NCBI GenBank assembly: GCA_964304625.1
Contig: OZ199838.1
Span: 14,565,907-14,629,906 of the forward strand
Direction of reading: 5' to 3'
Origin: Kudoa neothunni
Taxonomy: Eukaryota > Animalia > Cnidaria
DNA: 64,000 bases
The position numbers and the translations under genes are program-made. The notes beneath the pieces are model-generated. The model did not search any database and had not been told where the DNA came from. It was given only the letters and a program-made list of their open reading frames with translations. Below are positions 12,179 through 24,313 of this stretch, piece by piece (positions within the stretch are counted from its first letter, which is position 1; each line of letters begins with the position of its first letter).

Positions 12179-14998
12179 ATGATTTTTTTATTTGTTGTGG
12201 GAATCGTTGGTGGAATTGCGGCCAGTTATTTTTACCTCAAATACGTTTCTAGTTATAGCCCGGCTTCCACCAACCAAGATACAACAATTCGACCCAGTAT
12301 GAATGAACTCCTTCTCAATATGGAAAACTCTGAAAATGAATTATTGGAAATAGTTTCCAAATTAGCCCCTCAATGGATGTTATCTCCTGATTACAGCCGT
12401 TGTGAATGGCTGAATAATATTCTTAAAATCAGTTGGCCCACCCTCAAAATCTATGCAACCAATCTTATTCACGATAGCTTCTATCAACATATCAATAATT
12501 ACATGAGTGGTGTTATCGGTAACACCCATATAACTAAACTCCACCTTGGACATTCACCTCCTAGATTTGATGGAATAAAGGTGGTAGGAAATAGAAGTCC
12601 CAATGATATCCTTATTGTTGATATGCATTTCATTTACTATGGAGATGCAACAGTGGAACTGGAATTCAATCGACTTCCATTGGGTATCAAAGATATATTT
12701 ATAAGGTGGGTGAGCAAAATTGTGCTAGTGTTTAGACTTTATGTTTGGTTGGATTTAGGGCTCCAATTCGCTTAACTCTACAGTTGGATCAAGCAATGCC
12801 ACCATTTATAAGTGGCTTTGATATTTGCCTCTTGACTATTCCAACAATTCGATACGATCTCACAGGCATCCTTAATATAATGGAGTTTCCGGGGCTAAAA
12901 CAAAAGTTTGATAAACTTATCCACTACACATTGGAATCCAACCTTCTATTTCCCCAAAAACTCTATTTTCCGCTAGTGCCGATTGAGGAAAACCAAAAAC
13001 AATTTCAAGCCAAAAAATTTCGAATTCTAAAACTCCAATTTGAACAGGATCCAAGAATAGAACGAAAACTGTATGGAGCAATCGAATTTAACAATAAAGA
13101 ATACAAAATTGTTATGGGTGATGATCGCCCATCGTCACATATTTCCAATGAGGTTATACTACTGATTCGAACTTATTTGGATAGCAGTGCCAAAGTGGAA
13201 TTGTATGAGGATGAAAAATTTAGAATCGATCGCAAAATGTTACATTCTATGCTTAGTTTTCGCAACCTATACCAAAACCACACCGAACACAACGTGTTAA
13301 AAGTTATAGAATATCATGATAAAAAATATCCCCAGGGTGCTGATCCTAATATTTTATCCAATGTACAATGGCTATCATTGTGTTCGGAGAAGCCGGAGCA
13401 AGCTGAAACCGCTTCACCTGTGCATCAACAGTACTCGGTGATAACGCTGAAATTGTTTTCGATTAAGGGGGCATTCCAACATGATTTCGCTTCTTCCGGC
13501 CGAATTACTCCCATACTCAAAATTCAATATCTTGACAATGTGGAGGAATTAAAAGAACTTTTATGGTGTGATAACGTGATTGAAATCTACGATGTGGTGG
13601 ATTTTCTGGTGGATAGCAGCAACATATCAACCGATCCAATCACGATCACCGTTATCAATCAATCCAACAATGAAACCATCGGAATAGCTAAGCTATGTGT
13701 ATTCAATGACGAGGGTCAATATATCCACAAACAAATTAATAACAAAGTTTCAGTGCACAGTAATGAAATGGTGGAATGTAATCTGTTTTTGAATTTACAC
13801 CACTATTACATTCGATCGGGTGATTCGCCAGTCTTGGAATGTAACCCAATATTTGGTGTATCTAATACGATCAACGCAGAAGAAAATGATTCCGTTAACA
13901 CAATAAATGACATACCTCACTCAATCCTTTATTTGGATATTATAAGAGCCAGAAATTTGAAAGCTCTTGACATATCTCTAACCGAGTATTCAAGCGATCC
14001 GTACGTGATTGTTAAGATGTGTGATTTCGTTTACAACACCAAGACCATAAGACATTCATTAGATCCAGAGTGGAATGAACATATTTCGGTGGTGGTTCCT
14101 TGTAGTTATTTTTCGATGAAACTTGTTTTCGAAGTAATGGACTATGATAATGTGACCTCAAACGATTTTATTGGTTCGGTAAGTTGTTCATTCGTCACTT
14201 AAACAAACGCTGTATAATCGGCTATTATATAACAGAATATTTTTTAATGGAAGCTATAACTTATTTTTTATTTAGGTGTCGTTGTTTATTAGTGACGAGC
14301 TACAAAGGAAGAACCCTTCACCAAGGTGGTACTCGCTCAGTGACGATGGAGGCGAAATTCAACTCAAAATAAATATCAAGCCGTTACACATGATAGACGT
14401 TTGGAAACCACAAAAACAACTAATTCTATGTTTTTACATTCAAAGCGTCAATATACTTACCAAAGATAATTACAAACATAAATACCAGCTGTTAATAGAG
14501 AAATCTACAGATTCTCCTCCTGATGAAGCCCAACATACCTCTTTCCAAGATTGCAAGGGCAAACTCATTCAGTTCAACGAGTGGATCCATTTGAGTGTAT
14601 CAACTACTTCCACATCAAAACTTCAATTCTTATTGATCTCTAAAAATAAGAAAAAGATGAAAGGATTTCTGGTGGTGGATTTGAATTATCTAACTGTGTC
14701 AAATTCGTTACCTTTCCTGGAAAACAATTACAACAGCACATTAAATATTGCACAATCAGAAAATAATATAAAAGAAGCGTGTGATAGAGAGAGTACTTTA
14801 AAATTAAAACCATCAAGTTCTTCAACTTCGCATGGATTAACAAACAGACGCTCCATAAAAAAATCATCCTCTTTTGCCAACGCTGATATCAATTTTGACC
14901 CTGTCTACAATGATTCCAAACAAATCTTTAAGGTGCTCAAGAAAGATAACAAATCTATTGCATGTGTGTCTTACAAGGTGTTTTTTGCTACCCACTAA
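12179..14998 (+). CDS. ESYT: Extended synaptotagmin/tricalbin-like protein (N-terminal TM, SMP domain, multiple C2 domains)
   Basis: TM segment, then PQWMLSPDYSRCEWLNNILKISWP, LGHSPPRFDGIKV and LTGILNIMEFPGL (SMP). A C2 domain has ALD, SDPYV, PEWNE and DYD...DFIG. Introns 12706-12758 and 14179-14275 join the three ORFs in frame. The start may lie in an upstream exon. Confidence 0.9.
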
Positions 14999-15156
14999 CC
15001 CAATATCTTTCCAACTTGTAGTGAACAAAATTCGGAATCACGCACATTAATCATATCTTTCAATGATTGTTAATATATTTTTTTCTATGCGCTCGCATTA
15101 CACACAAAATATAAATTATAGGAAAACAATAATTCAATAATAAATTTTTCTTAAAG

Positions 15157-16285
15157 CTAGCTATCAGTCAATTGTGGTAAACACTACAATTTAATTTAGA
15201 ATATTTTATACAGTTATTATTATGGTTACCAAAAATTCCACAAAACAATTTTGATTCTTTCGCGTGGTAAGAATGTGCTGAATCGATAAAACTTTGCTCG
15301 CTGTAGCGATTCGAATGCTGAATTTATTTGATTTGTTCATTGCTTTGAAGGCTAGCTTTACAAATTTTGTCTTATAGCTAGATAGATAGGTTAAACAATT
15401 GTACATCCATCGCAATTACCTGACAATAATGGGATCCAAAATTTCCGATAAAATAATGAGTTCTGAGGACACATCCAAATCAATCTAACATTGTCGTATC
15501 AACCGCTCACACCTAAGAACTATACGTGAGATTCGGTGGATTGGCCGGTAGTTGATATTCGAAAATAATCAAAATTTGGATCCATCTTGAATGTAACGTT
15601 GTCCGAGGAAGAATCGATATCATTGAGAATATCACGCGTAGTCTCGCACTGTGTTCATCCAAAGCGAATGCAAATCATATTAAAACTCCCAAAATTACTT
15701 TCAATATAAATTTGTTCAAATGCTCTGATTGATCAAACTCCAGCGGTACAATCTCACTAGGCTGCCGACAATGTATTTCAAATCGACCAGCCATATCACC
15801 AATGTCACTCAACCTATTGGGAAAAATAGTTGTAAATCATTTGTCTGACTCATTTTTTGATGTACTCAACCACAAATTCTCGACCATCTCCCCCATAGGA
15901 GAATTCAGCATGGCTATTAACCACTGTGCCCTTCATATTCATACACATTGTCAAACTTTCCTAATGGGATTTCAATAATTAATTTAACTAACGCCACGCC
16001 AATCACAATAAGCGAATTGATTGAAGCATCAAAGTGGATGGTCTCACCACTGAATTCATAAGAATCGAAATTCTCCGCACAATAAAATGCATTCACTTGA
16101 AAGCATTTCGCGATTTGAGCAGTAAATTTGATCCCGTGTTCATTGAGAGTGATAGTTATGTCCTGTGTGTTGTTGGTGGTTAATCAACAACATTATTATC
16201 AGCCTAACTCACATACATTGGTAACTTTAATTATTTTCATCATGTCAATCAGACATTTGCAATCAGACAAAGCTGCTTTAAGCAT
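15157..16285 (-). CDS. RAD1: Checkpoint clamp (9-1-1) subunit Rad1, multi-exon
   Basis: Spliced translation MLKAALSDCK...GIKFTAQIAKCFQVNAF...NKFILK...DYFRISTTG...KFSIR...VLSIQH...NCFVEFL/CLP parallels human RAD1 (GIKVTVENAKCVQANAF, PYFRLSTFG, ICFVEY). Mostly missed by the ORF track. Confidence 0.88.
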
Positions 16286-18112
16286 GTTCGAAGGAGTTAA
16301 AGGAGGGTCAACTCCACGTGCGCCGGTTGCTGTGCTTTACTCCAACTTCTATCCAATCTTGAATTTGTTCGTATCGTATAAAGTTGTTTAATAAGCTATT
16401 TATATTGTAAAAATAATAATTATGTTATACTTATTTAATATTAAAAGTTTGTTTCGAGTAACTTATAAATAAATGTCAAAATCATCGAATTTTTAAAGCG
16501 CGCATGCGAACAAATAAAGTAATACAGGGATTCCCGGTGGGGGGGGGGGGGGGTGCCGACTTTGGTCTCAAGTGGTGCGAGATCCGATCAAAATTGAAAA
16601 TAATTTTTGATAAATTTTGATGCAGTTACACCTCATCGTATGCAGAGGGGTGCGAGTCCAGTTTTAGTTGAGGAGCGCTGAAGTAATAAGAGTTTCCTAA
16701 AGTGGTATCGTCAGACTCATGTAAAAATTGCTGCTCAGATTATAATAAAATAGGATTTTATATATAACGATATTTCTTGTTTATTTATTCCAGTTATAAA
16801 AGCAATATTTTTAATCAAACAAGCCATCTACATTCCCTTCAAATCAATGTAAAATGGATAACGTAATTTTGATCGTTCCGAAAAATATTGAATAAAAAAT
16901 CATATTATATGCAACAATTTCCTGCTCATATTTCAAGTGAATTATGATATCGAGGCTAGCAGAATTGATAATTTACAAAATGAATAACACGTGTGATAGG
17001 ACTCAAGATTTTCGGCCCTATGGATCCATGATCTAAATTCGTCTCCCACAAGTTGTAGTATACGCTTTAGCAAAAGTTTTCTAGTAGCTTTTTTCAAAAT
17101 ATGAGATCATGTTTGTGTTTATTTTTATTATTATACTTGATACTTTCTTCTATGTGTTTTAGTTCAGTAAGTAGGTATTATCGAGTTGGGTGTTAAACAT
17201 TGTTAGATATAATATATAAATTGCAACCCTACGTAATCTACTTCAAACAATAAGTATAATTAGTTTTAGATTCATGTAGACAGAAATATTTGGTAACCGA
17301 CTCATCTTCATTATCTCAGAAATATAAAAGGAAGTATTGTATGTGACATCTAGTCTTATCTATACATATTGGAGGATTGCTCTACTTGGTAAATACTTCA
17401 TAACCGAATCATCTCCAAAATAAGTTTTCTTGTTAAAATATAACATAAAATTTATCAAATAGTCTTCAAAATTTTCAAGTACTTTCAACAATGTTGAGGT
17501 GATTCGGGGGAATAATTAAAAATTTGAAATTATAACAAAATGTTGATTAAAAATAAAAAACTACAAAGGCCTAACTGCACCCACTATAGTATATTGCTTT
17601 TAGAAAATTAATGAAGAAGATTACATTATTTTCTTTGAATTCTTTCTCAGTCGTTCTAATTAGTGTAAGGATATTTTTAACTGCGCTCAACATTATTATT
17701 TTGGTCTAGAAGAGTATTTTAAATTACATGATGCTTTAGAGAATTTTTTTCTTCTCAACAAAACACTCAACTTACATGCTCGTCACCAATATACTATCAA
17801 CAACATAAATAAACATACTTTATACCTCATTGTTATAATGATAACATATTTTTTAGAATAATTATATAAATTTATATTTGGTAGCACATAAAAATATTAA
17901 TGAATCTGAAATGAGTGATTAATTAAGTCATGTTCGCTTAATAATTTTATGAATAAAGAAAATAACCAAAAAATATATCTGATGGTACACTGATTATAAT
18001 TTATGTTATAATTAATTCTTTTAAGCATAAAAAATTAAAAATCTAAATTTAAAGGTGATAAAGGATGGCTTATTTTTAATTCGCGAAATATCGCAATCCA
18101 TCGGAATCGGCG

Positions 18113-18736
18113 ATGTCTAGAAACAACTTTCTAAAACTATATAAACAACGCGAAAGAAAACAGCTTGAAGTTATATTAACCAACATGATGGATTGTATTA
18201 GAAGATGGAATGAGGCGGATGGACATGCGCTTGAAATAGTAGTCAAGTTGGATGAATTGATACCAAAAAATGTGGGAAATATGTATTTTTCGCAACTGAA
18301 ATACTTATCAGATAACCTCTCGGATAAACATAAACAACTACGAATTCTAATTGATGAGTTTGCGGATCACAAACAAAAGCTATATATGCTCTATGTGGCT
18401 GATCAGTTCAATATCCTTTCCGCCGATGTTGATTCCACCGTTACAAATGATGTTTCTTGTGTTCCCCTGATTGACAATCCCACAAATATTACTCGATTAG
18501 TTGAATTTATTTTTGAGATACTTTTCGAGAAATACAAATGTCACTATGACGCATTGGAACTTGTCACATCGTTCACTTACAAATGTATGAATGAGGCAAA
18601 GAAAATTCGGCACTACAGACAGTCATTTCAACAATTTGACATAACAAATATATGGCTTGGTACCGCGAATCCTAATACTCAATTTGGCTTCAATGTCTGC
18701 GAGACTTTAAAATTTTTTATTGATACCTATTGTTGA
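18113..18736 (+). CDS. Helical protein, CINP (CDK2-interacting protein)-like
   Basis: Intronless 207 aa. The pattern RRWNEADGH...coiled coil...PLI...Y...IWL resembles CINP (KWETLNDAG...PPLF...MWL). Similarity is weak. Confidence 0.45.
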   Translation: MSRNNFLKLYKQRERKQLEVILTNMMDCIRRWNEADGHALEIVVKLDELIPKNVGNMYFSQLKYLSDNLSDKHKQLRILIDEFADHKQKLYMLYVADQFNILSADVDSTVTNDVSCVPLIDNPTNITRLVEFIFEILFEKYKCHYDALELVTSFTYKCMNEAKKIRHYRQSFQQFDITNIWLGTANPNTQFGFNVCETLKFFIDTYC

Positions 18737-19163
18737 GGTTGACTTCCGTTGTTCATCCCTACAATCAGCGGTATTAGCTCATCCATCCCAACAAAATATT
18801 CTTATTCTCTATTATAACCACTGGATATGGTCTACTAAGTTAGATAGGTTCGTGAATAATAAGTCTATTAGTTGTATTGTTTGGTGATCTCCATTGGAAA
18901 CCTATTATTTCAATGTTTTGTTGTGGAGATATTGCTGATAGTCTGTTATACGGTTGAGTGATCAAAATGGTATCCATAAAGTGGATATTGTTGCCCTAAT
19001 ATTGAACAAATAATTAATTGCTTATAGTATTTGATTGGTGAAGTGTTTATATATTTATTTTGTCGGGCAGTTCATTCACTTGCAGTGGTAGTAGCATAAT
19101 AGTGGATCGGCTAGAGACGCTTTAATAACCGTGTGTGTTTTGGCATTATTGACAATTTGAAAA

Positions 19164-20092
19164 ATGAGAATAATAAATGCTATTGTGATTCCCCTCAGTT
19201 TGATTATATATGTGGTGAATATGATTTTTCAAATTTCGGCTCATGTGGAGAACAACCATCTCACTGAGACCGTTTTTCTCAACTCGTACATGGCAGAGAC
19301 ACTGGGCAATTTGGACACACCATTCACCATACCGTATTGGTGTTTTTTGGTAGAAGTTGTAGTGTATCTGACGACATTTGTATGTGTGGTGTTGCATTGC
19401 GGCGCGGAAGTGTTAGGACGTGGTTCACGGGTGCCATTGGCTTCAATTATTGCACTCGATCTTGCTATAGTCTTTGATTGTGCATGGATCGTATTGTACA
19501 ATCGTTATGAGATAATGTCATTTAATGTGATGTCGATTGTGCAATGTTTTCTGCTGATTTTTGGGTGTTGTTTTGTGGTTCGCTCAATACGTCAAAGTTA
19601 TTACATGAACGTATATGTTGGCTGGCGTGATTGAGTTGATTTTTAATCAAAATTTAGAAATCTGCCAGAGGATTGATCTACGTGAAAGCTCTTGTTATGA
19701 ATGCCTTTTTTGGTTATCTGGCATGGTCATTCTATCGGTTGGTCTCTGACATTGCATTAGGCGTATATGCCTACTACGAAGGAGGATATTGGATAGCCGG
19801 CATTCCTGCTGGAGTTTTCTTGCTCGGATTCTTCTTCTATTACATCTTTGATGTGTTGGCCTACCAAAACGAATTTAAATGGACCATCTCTCCATATGTG
19901 GTGTTCATTTGTGTGTTTGGAGGTATGCTTGCCGACAAGGACCTTCTCACGCCTCAAATCACGCTTCCTGGTCTTTTGCTGTCCTGTGTGGCGACTGTTG
20001 TTGTGGTCACCTTCCTTCACAAACTCACCACCTCGTTTTATTGTCATATTTCAAGAAGTGATAGGCTTTTCCCCAAAACGCACGAGATCTAA
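19164..20092 (+). CDS. Multi-pass membrane protein, TspO-like uncharacterised family, paralog 1
   Basis: TPFTIPYWCF and VMNAFFGYLAW motifs, about 8 hydrophobic segments. Intron 19611-19657 joins the two ORFs in frame. Confidence 0.75.
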
Positions 20093-20729
20093 GCACTTCT
20101 GCTCTTCCCATTTCACTGTTGGTATTTGTTCATCATAATTTTAAGTGAAAACATGGTTTAGAATACTGTTATTTGCTATCTATTGGAAAGATTATTTGAT
20201 GTGTGTTTTGTTGGTATTATATGGATAAAAATGTGATAAACTGCGTTAACAATTCTCAACAAATATTTACTCCATTCTGATTAAAAAATTTGATAAAGAT
20301 ACTATTTTATATTTGTTTTAAATGTGATAATAAAATTAATTATTAACGTATATAAGGATTTTATTTTTATCCCCACTTATAATTTTATTAAAATAACTTT
20401 TAATGAATATTCTAGAGCTGAATATGTCATATTATGTGTTTATGAATTCAATAGAATATCTGTTGAGTTTTATGTTAACACATAAATTAATCGCATTAGT
20501 TACCATAGAAATTACAAATTTAATTTCTTAAGTATTCAATAATTTGTGAATGAATTCCTTGTAATTGTAGAATAATTGGTTGTATTAGAAAATATTACAC
20601 CTATTGTAATCAATGTACAATAAATAATAAAATGTAGAAATGGAGATATAGTCAACCCAAAAACTAATCCATCTTTATTTTAACGAATGAAAACATTTAG
20701 TAAAAACTAAAATAAATATAATTTTATTT

Positions 20730-21813
20730 TCAGCGTACTAGACTCCGCTTATTAACTTTTGGATGGCGATTAATTTGAATATAGTTATCGGTGTTCTCTT
20801 GGCATTGAGAAAATAAAGGTTTGCACTCGTTAGGATTTTGATAACCATAAAGTTTTTGTTTGGCGTTTTTATTCTTTCTAAATCTCGTTAAACTAACCAC
20901 AATCTTTACCAGAATAATCAGCACACAAATGGTAATCAAAGAAATTAAAAATTTGCCATATTTTGTACCAGATGTGCCTCTTCCACGCTTATAGGAGAGA
21001 GCACTGAAATAGTAGAGCACTGTGGAGTAGTACATGAAGCTTATTTGAATACTGTGTCTGAAGATGAACACATCGATGATAAAGTAAATAATATAGTAAC
21101 CCATAAGAACTCCGCTTGTGATATAGGCTGAATTGGTGAGTTCTATATCTAGAAGGAAAACAAGATTGGCATCCAAAACCATTGCCAATTGTACCACTGT
21201 CCAAGAGGCATACAATGCCAAACCATTTACTACCAATATAGAATAGCTGTAACGTAGAAACTTAGGGAACTAACAAACAATATACCCAATCAATCAATTA
21301 ATTCATTAAAATATCGAAATTGAGTACCTCTAAAGGTGTATTTTCGCATGACTTTACCGAATTTTTGATAATGTTGAAACAAGAATTGGACAAACACACA
21401 TTTATAAACATTATAACCAATGAGATGATAAGTTGAAGGTGACAAACAGCAATGATAAACAACGAACCCAACACATTGAAGGTGTAATATAGAATATAGG
21501 CAAAATAGCTGATAGGTACATATTTATAACGATAAAGGGCCACCACCGCGATAAACATCACCAACATGGCTTGCCAAGCATATATTAAAATCCAGACAAG
21601 GAAACCCCATTCAGGGATGGTCATTTCAGTGGCTATGAAGTAGTAGGCCTCTGTGAGGTTTCTACCACCAAATACATTGTCGGCCAAATCACCCGAAAAT
21701 AAAGAGGCGATATTAAAAGATACGGTAGATACTACCACAACCACAGCCAAAAAACTCAATAGAAATACCGTGGTAGATGGAGGGAGCTTAGCTTTACAAC
21801 ATAGGTTGCACAT
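20730..21813 (-). CDS. Multi-pass membrane protein, TspO-like uncharacterised family, paralog 2
   Basis: TEMTIPEWGFLVWILIYAWQ and VVNGLALYASW motifs. One intron after NTPLE, in the equivalent position to paralog 1. Confidence 0.8.
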
Positions 21814-22089
21814 TAGTTTGATTAGGTTGAACGAACTGTATCTAATGGTGGTATAAGTAGTTGTGGCTGAAAATTAAGGTGTAAAATTAAGCGCTCCAAA
21901 TTCAATCTTAAAGGTCTCTTGTTTTAACACAAATTTTGTGTAGTATGGAAAATTTTGTGTACAAAAACAGCCAAAATGTGATTTTATAATGTCCATTATC
22001 TGGCCAAATTTATATCAATGTATAGTGCCATGATTTTACAAATTAAAAAATTTTTTTTTAGAAAAAAAAATTTTCAAAATTATTTACAA

Positions 22090-23349
22090 ATGGGAAACAA
22101 TCCTTATTCCAACTATAAAATACTCTGTTTGGTAGTGCCAATCATTACTTTGGTAATTTTTGGCGTTTACCTATTTTTCGAAGTAAGCGCTCAAGTGAGA
22201 GGTACAGTTCTTGTAAGTGTGTTCGACAACAGAACCATATTTGACGCGGTGGAGGCATTGTCAACCAATCTCACACCACCGGCATGGAACTTCTATCTGT
22301 GGGATCTGATAAACATTTGGCAAGCCACATGGTTGTTCTTCCTTATGGGAGTAACCTACTGCAGCACCAGATGTTTCAAATGCCCACTATGGTTGTATAT
22401 TCTGTTCGGATTTGCAATGATCCTAAACGCTATATTTTCTATCACCTTCACTCACTTGAACACTGTTGGCTCGTTCATTGTGATGACATTGATGGCTATT
22501 CTGCTAATCATTGCCTACATGTGTTCGTGCTACCACGTCGAATGTAAACTGAGTATGCATATTCCACACTGGTTATTGGTGGGGTTGAGAGTGTTTTTGC
22601 TGAATGGACTTGGTCTTATTGCAGCATATGCGTTCTGCAATTTCTTCCTTACTTTTGATATTATGTTGGTGAACAGTACCAGCGCAGATCCCCTAACTTC
22701 TGCAGTTACCCTGCTGGCGTTTATGTCCGCCTTCATTATCATTTACTTTGCACTCGATATGACCAAGTACAGCTGCATCTTCAACTTCGTGTGGACCCCA
22801 TACTGTGCATGGATATGGGTAGTGGCAGGTATTGTCGATCATTATGTATCCCGAAGTCTGTCTCTCAATTATGCCGTCGCTGTTGTGGCCATCGTACTGC
22901 TGGCATTCCTTGCGATCATCTTTGTATTCAAGGTTTGCTTCACATTCAAACGTCTACGATGTGGCCATTCTCTCTGCAAAAAATTATATCGGTCAATCAC
23001 CCAAATGACTGACGACGATGTTTGTTGTAAACCAAAATATAAACACCACAAATCGAAAAAACCTCCCAGCCCTCAACAACAAAAGGGCGAAACATGCCAT
23101 CCAATCAAAGTCCAAGTTTGTCAAGATTTGAAATGTGACAAACAACAAATCAAACAATGTGACACACCACCATCTGTCCACCAACAATGCAAACCAAAAT
23201 GCGAGCCTCAAATACAAAAAGTCAAATGCGAGCCTCAAATACAAAAAGTCAAATGTGAACCTCAAATACAAAAGGTCAAATGTGAACCTCAAATACAAAA
23301 AGTCAAATGTGAACCTCAACAATGCAATGATAAACAAACACAAATTTAA
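22090..23349 (+). CDS. Multi-pass membrane protein, TspO-like family, paralog 3, intronless, with Cys/Lys/Gln/Pro repeat tail
   Basis: TNLTPPAWNFYLWDLINIWQATW and LLNGLGLIAAY motifs. Probable start MGNNP at 22090. Confidence 0.82.
   Translation: MGNNPYSNYKILCLVVPIITLVIFGVYLFFEVSAQVRGTVLVSVFDNRTIFDAVEALSTNLTPPAWNFYLWDLINIWQATWLFFLMGVTYCSTRCFKCPLWLYILFGFAMILNAIFSITFTHLNTVGSFIVMTLMAILLIIAYMCSCYHVECKLSMHIPHWLLVGLRVFLLNGLGLIAAYAFCNFFLTFDIMLVNSTSADPLTSAVTLLAFMSAFIIIYFALDMTKYSCIFNFVWTPYCAWIWVVAGIVDHYVSRSLSLNYAVAVVAIVLLAFLAIIFVFKVCFTFKRLRCGHSLCKKLYRSITQMTDDDVCCKPKYKHHKSKKPPSPQQQKGETCHPIKVQVCQDLKCDKQQIKQCDTPPSVHQQCKPKCEPQIQKVKCEPQIQKVKCEPQIQKVKCEPQIQKVKCEPQQCNDKQTQI
23197..23319 (+). repeat. 27-bp coding tandem repeat, 4.5 copies (KCEPQIQKV)
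   Basis: Unit aaatgYgaRcctcaaatacaaaaRgtc; differences between units are synonymous. Confidence 0.95.
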
Positions 23350-23647
23350 CTTTTTACGATAACTTATTGACTTAGTTATTAAACAAATAATCTTAGTTAT
23401 TGGTTAAATTAGCGGAAGATTAACCAAAGAATTTGTCAAACCACCCCCTGTTAAGCTTGTAGATTTCTCTAATAGGATCATCCGGGAAACAACACAGCCG
23501 ATATCATCTTGGCTAAAAGACCTAGCACAACATAAAGAAGGAAATTACGCAAACATTTCATAAAAAAAATTTTTATATACACACAATAACGATAATAATA
23601 ATAATAATGATAAATAGGGGAATAGAATCTTTAGCTAAAAAACTAAT

Positions 23648-24313
23648 TTAATCGGTTGTCCGTTTTTCAGTTTGATCTTCTAATTTCTTTAGGTGTTTTC
23701 TGGTTGAAGAGGGAAGCGAACGACCTTCAAAACAAATAAAAGATACAGATTTTGTTTTCGGGAATTGTCCAGAGTCGACTATCGCTACTGCAAAGTTCTT
23801 TTTAACCATACAGGCTAACCGAGAACAAGATATTATATTTTGAGCAGATATCGTGGATTGGCCCTCGATTATTCGTAAAATGTACAGTGAATGAGAAGTT
23901 AACGGATCTGACACATACACCAAAAAGTCAGAACCAAATTTTATACCTCCAGTAACAAAGTATCCCTTCATTCGTAACGCGTTATAGACAAGGAACTCGG
24001 ACGATTTTTCCGCCATTTCAATGGCTGCTTGTAATTCAATATTGGTCCCATTTTCAGCGGTCCATTTTACCCATCCTTCATTACCCATAACATACGTTTC
24101 CAATCGATCACTGTAATTCGTCAGCAAAAAGTAATATTCATAATTTGCTAGAGAAATAGGCAGTTTAGAAGGACTACATTTACGTTTTGCCGCAAAATAA
24201 CTCAAACTTTCTCCGTATACGCCACATATTTTAATGCAATTGTAAGCAGAGTTAGTGTCGTAGATACCGAATTGATCATTACAGAAATAAATTTTTATAA
24301 TAGCGGATTCCAT
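23648..24313 (-). CDS. TSEN34: tRNA-splicing endonuclease subunit Sen34
   Basis: GYFVTGGIKFGSDFLVYVSDPLTSHS...SRLACMVKK contains the catalytic Tyr/His/Lys in a Sen34-like context. Confidence 0.85.
   Translation of the reverse strand: MESAIIKIYFCNDQFGIYDTNSAYNCIKICGVYGESLSYFAAKRKCSPSKLPISLANYEYYFLLTNYSDRLETYVMGNEGWVKWTAENGTNIELQAAIEMAEKSSEFLVYNALRMKGYFVTGGIKFGSDFLVYVSDPLTSHSLYILRIIEGQSTISAQNIISCSRLACMVKKNFAVAIVDSGQFPKTKSVSFICFEGRSLPSSTRKHLKKLEDQTEKRTTD

Noticed and set aside
16524-16680. G-run (16535-16553) as a functional G-quadruplex
   Set aside because: It lies in a probable transposon-end fragment, and homopolymer length is unreliable in this assembly.
23197-23319. CRISPR-like array
   Set aside because: Contiguous in-frame coding repeat with no spacers, in eukaryotic DNA.
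19146-23362. Antisense and alternate-frame ORFs overlapping the membrane-protein genes
   Set aside because: Shadow ORFs of hydrophobic or repetitive coding sequence, with no independent motifs.
23400-23560. Possible structured ncRNA (U3 box A-like aggatcat, small hairpin) between convergent genes
   Set aside because: The match is too short and other boxes are absent; an Rfam search would be needed.
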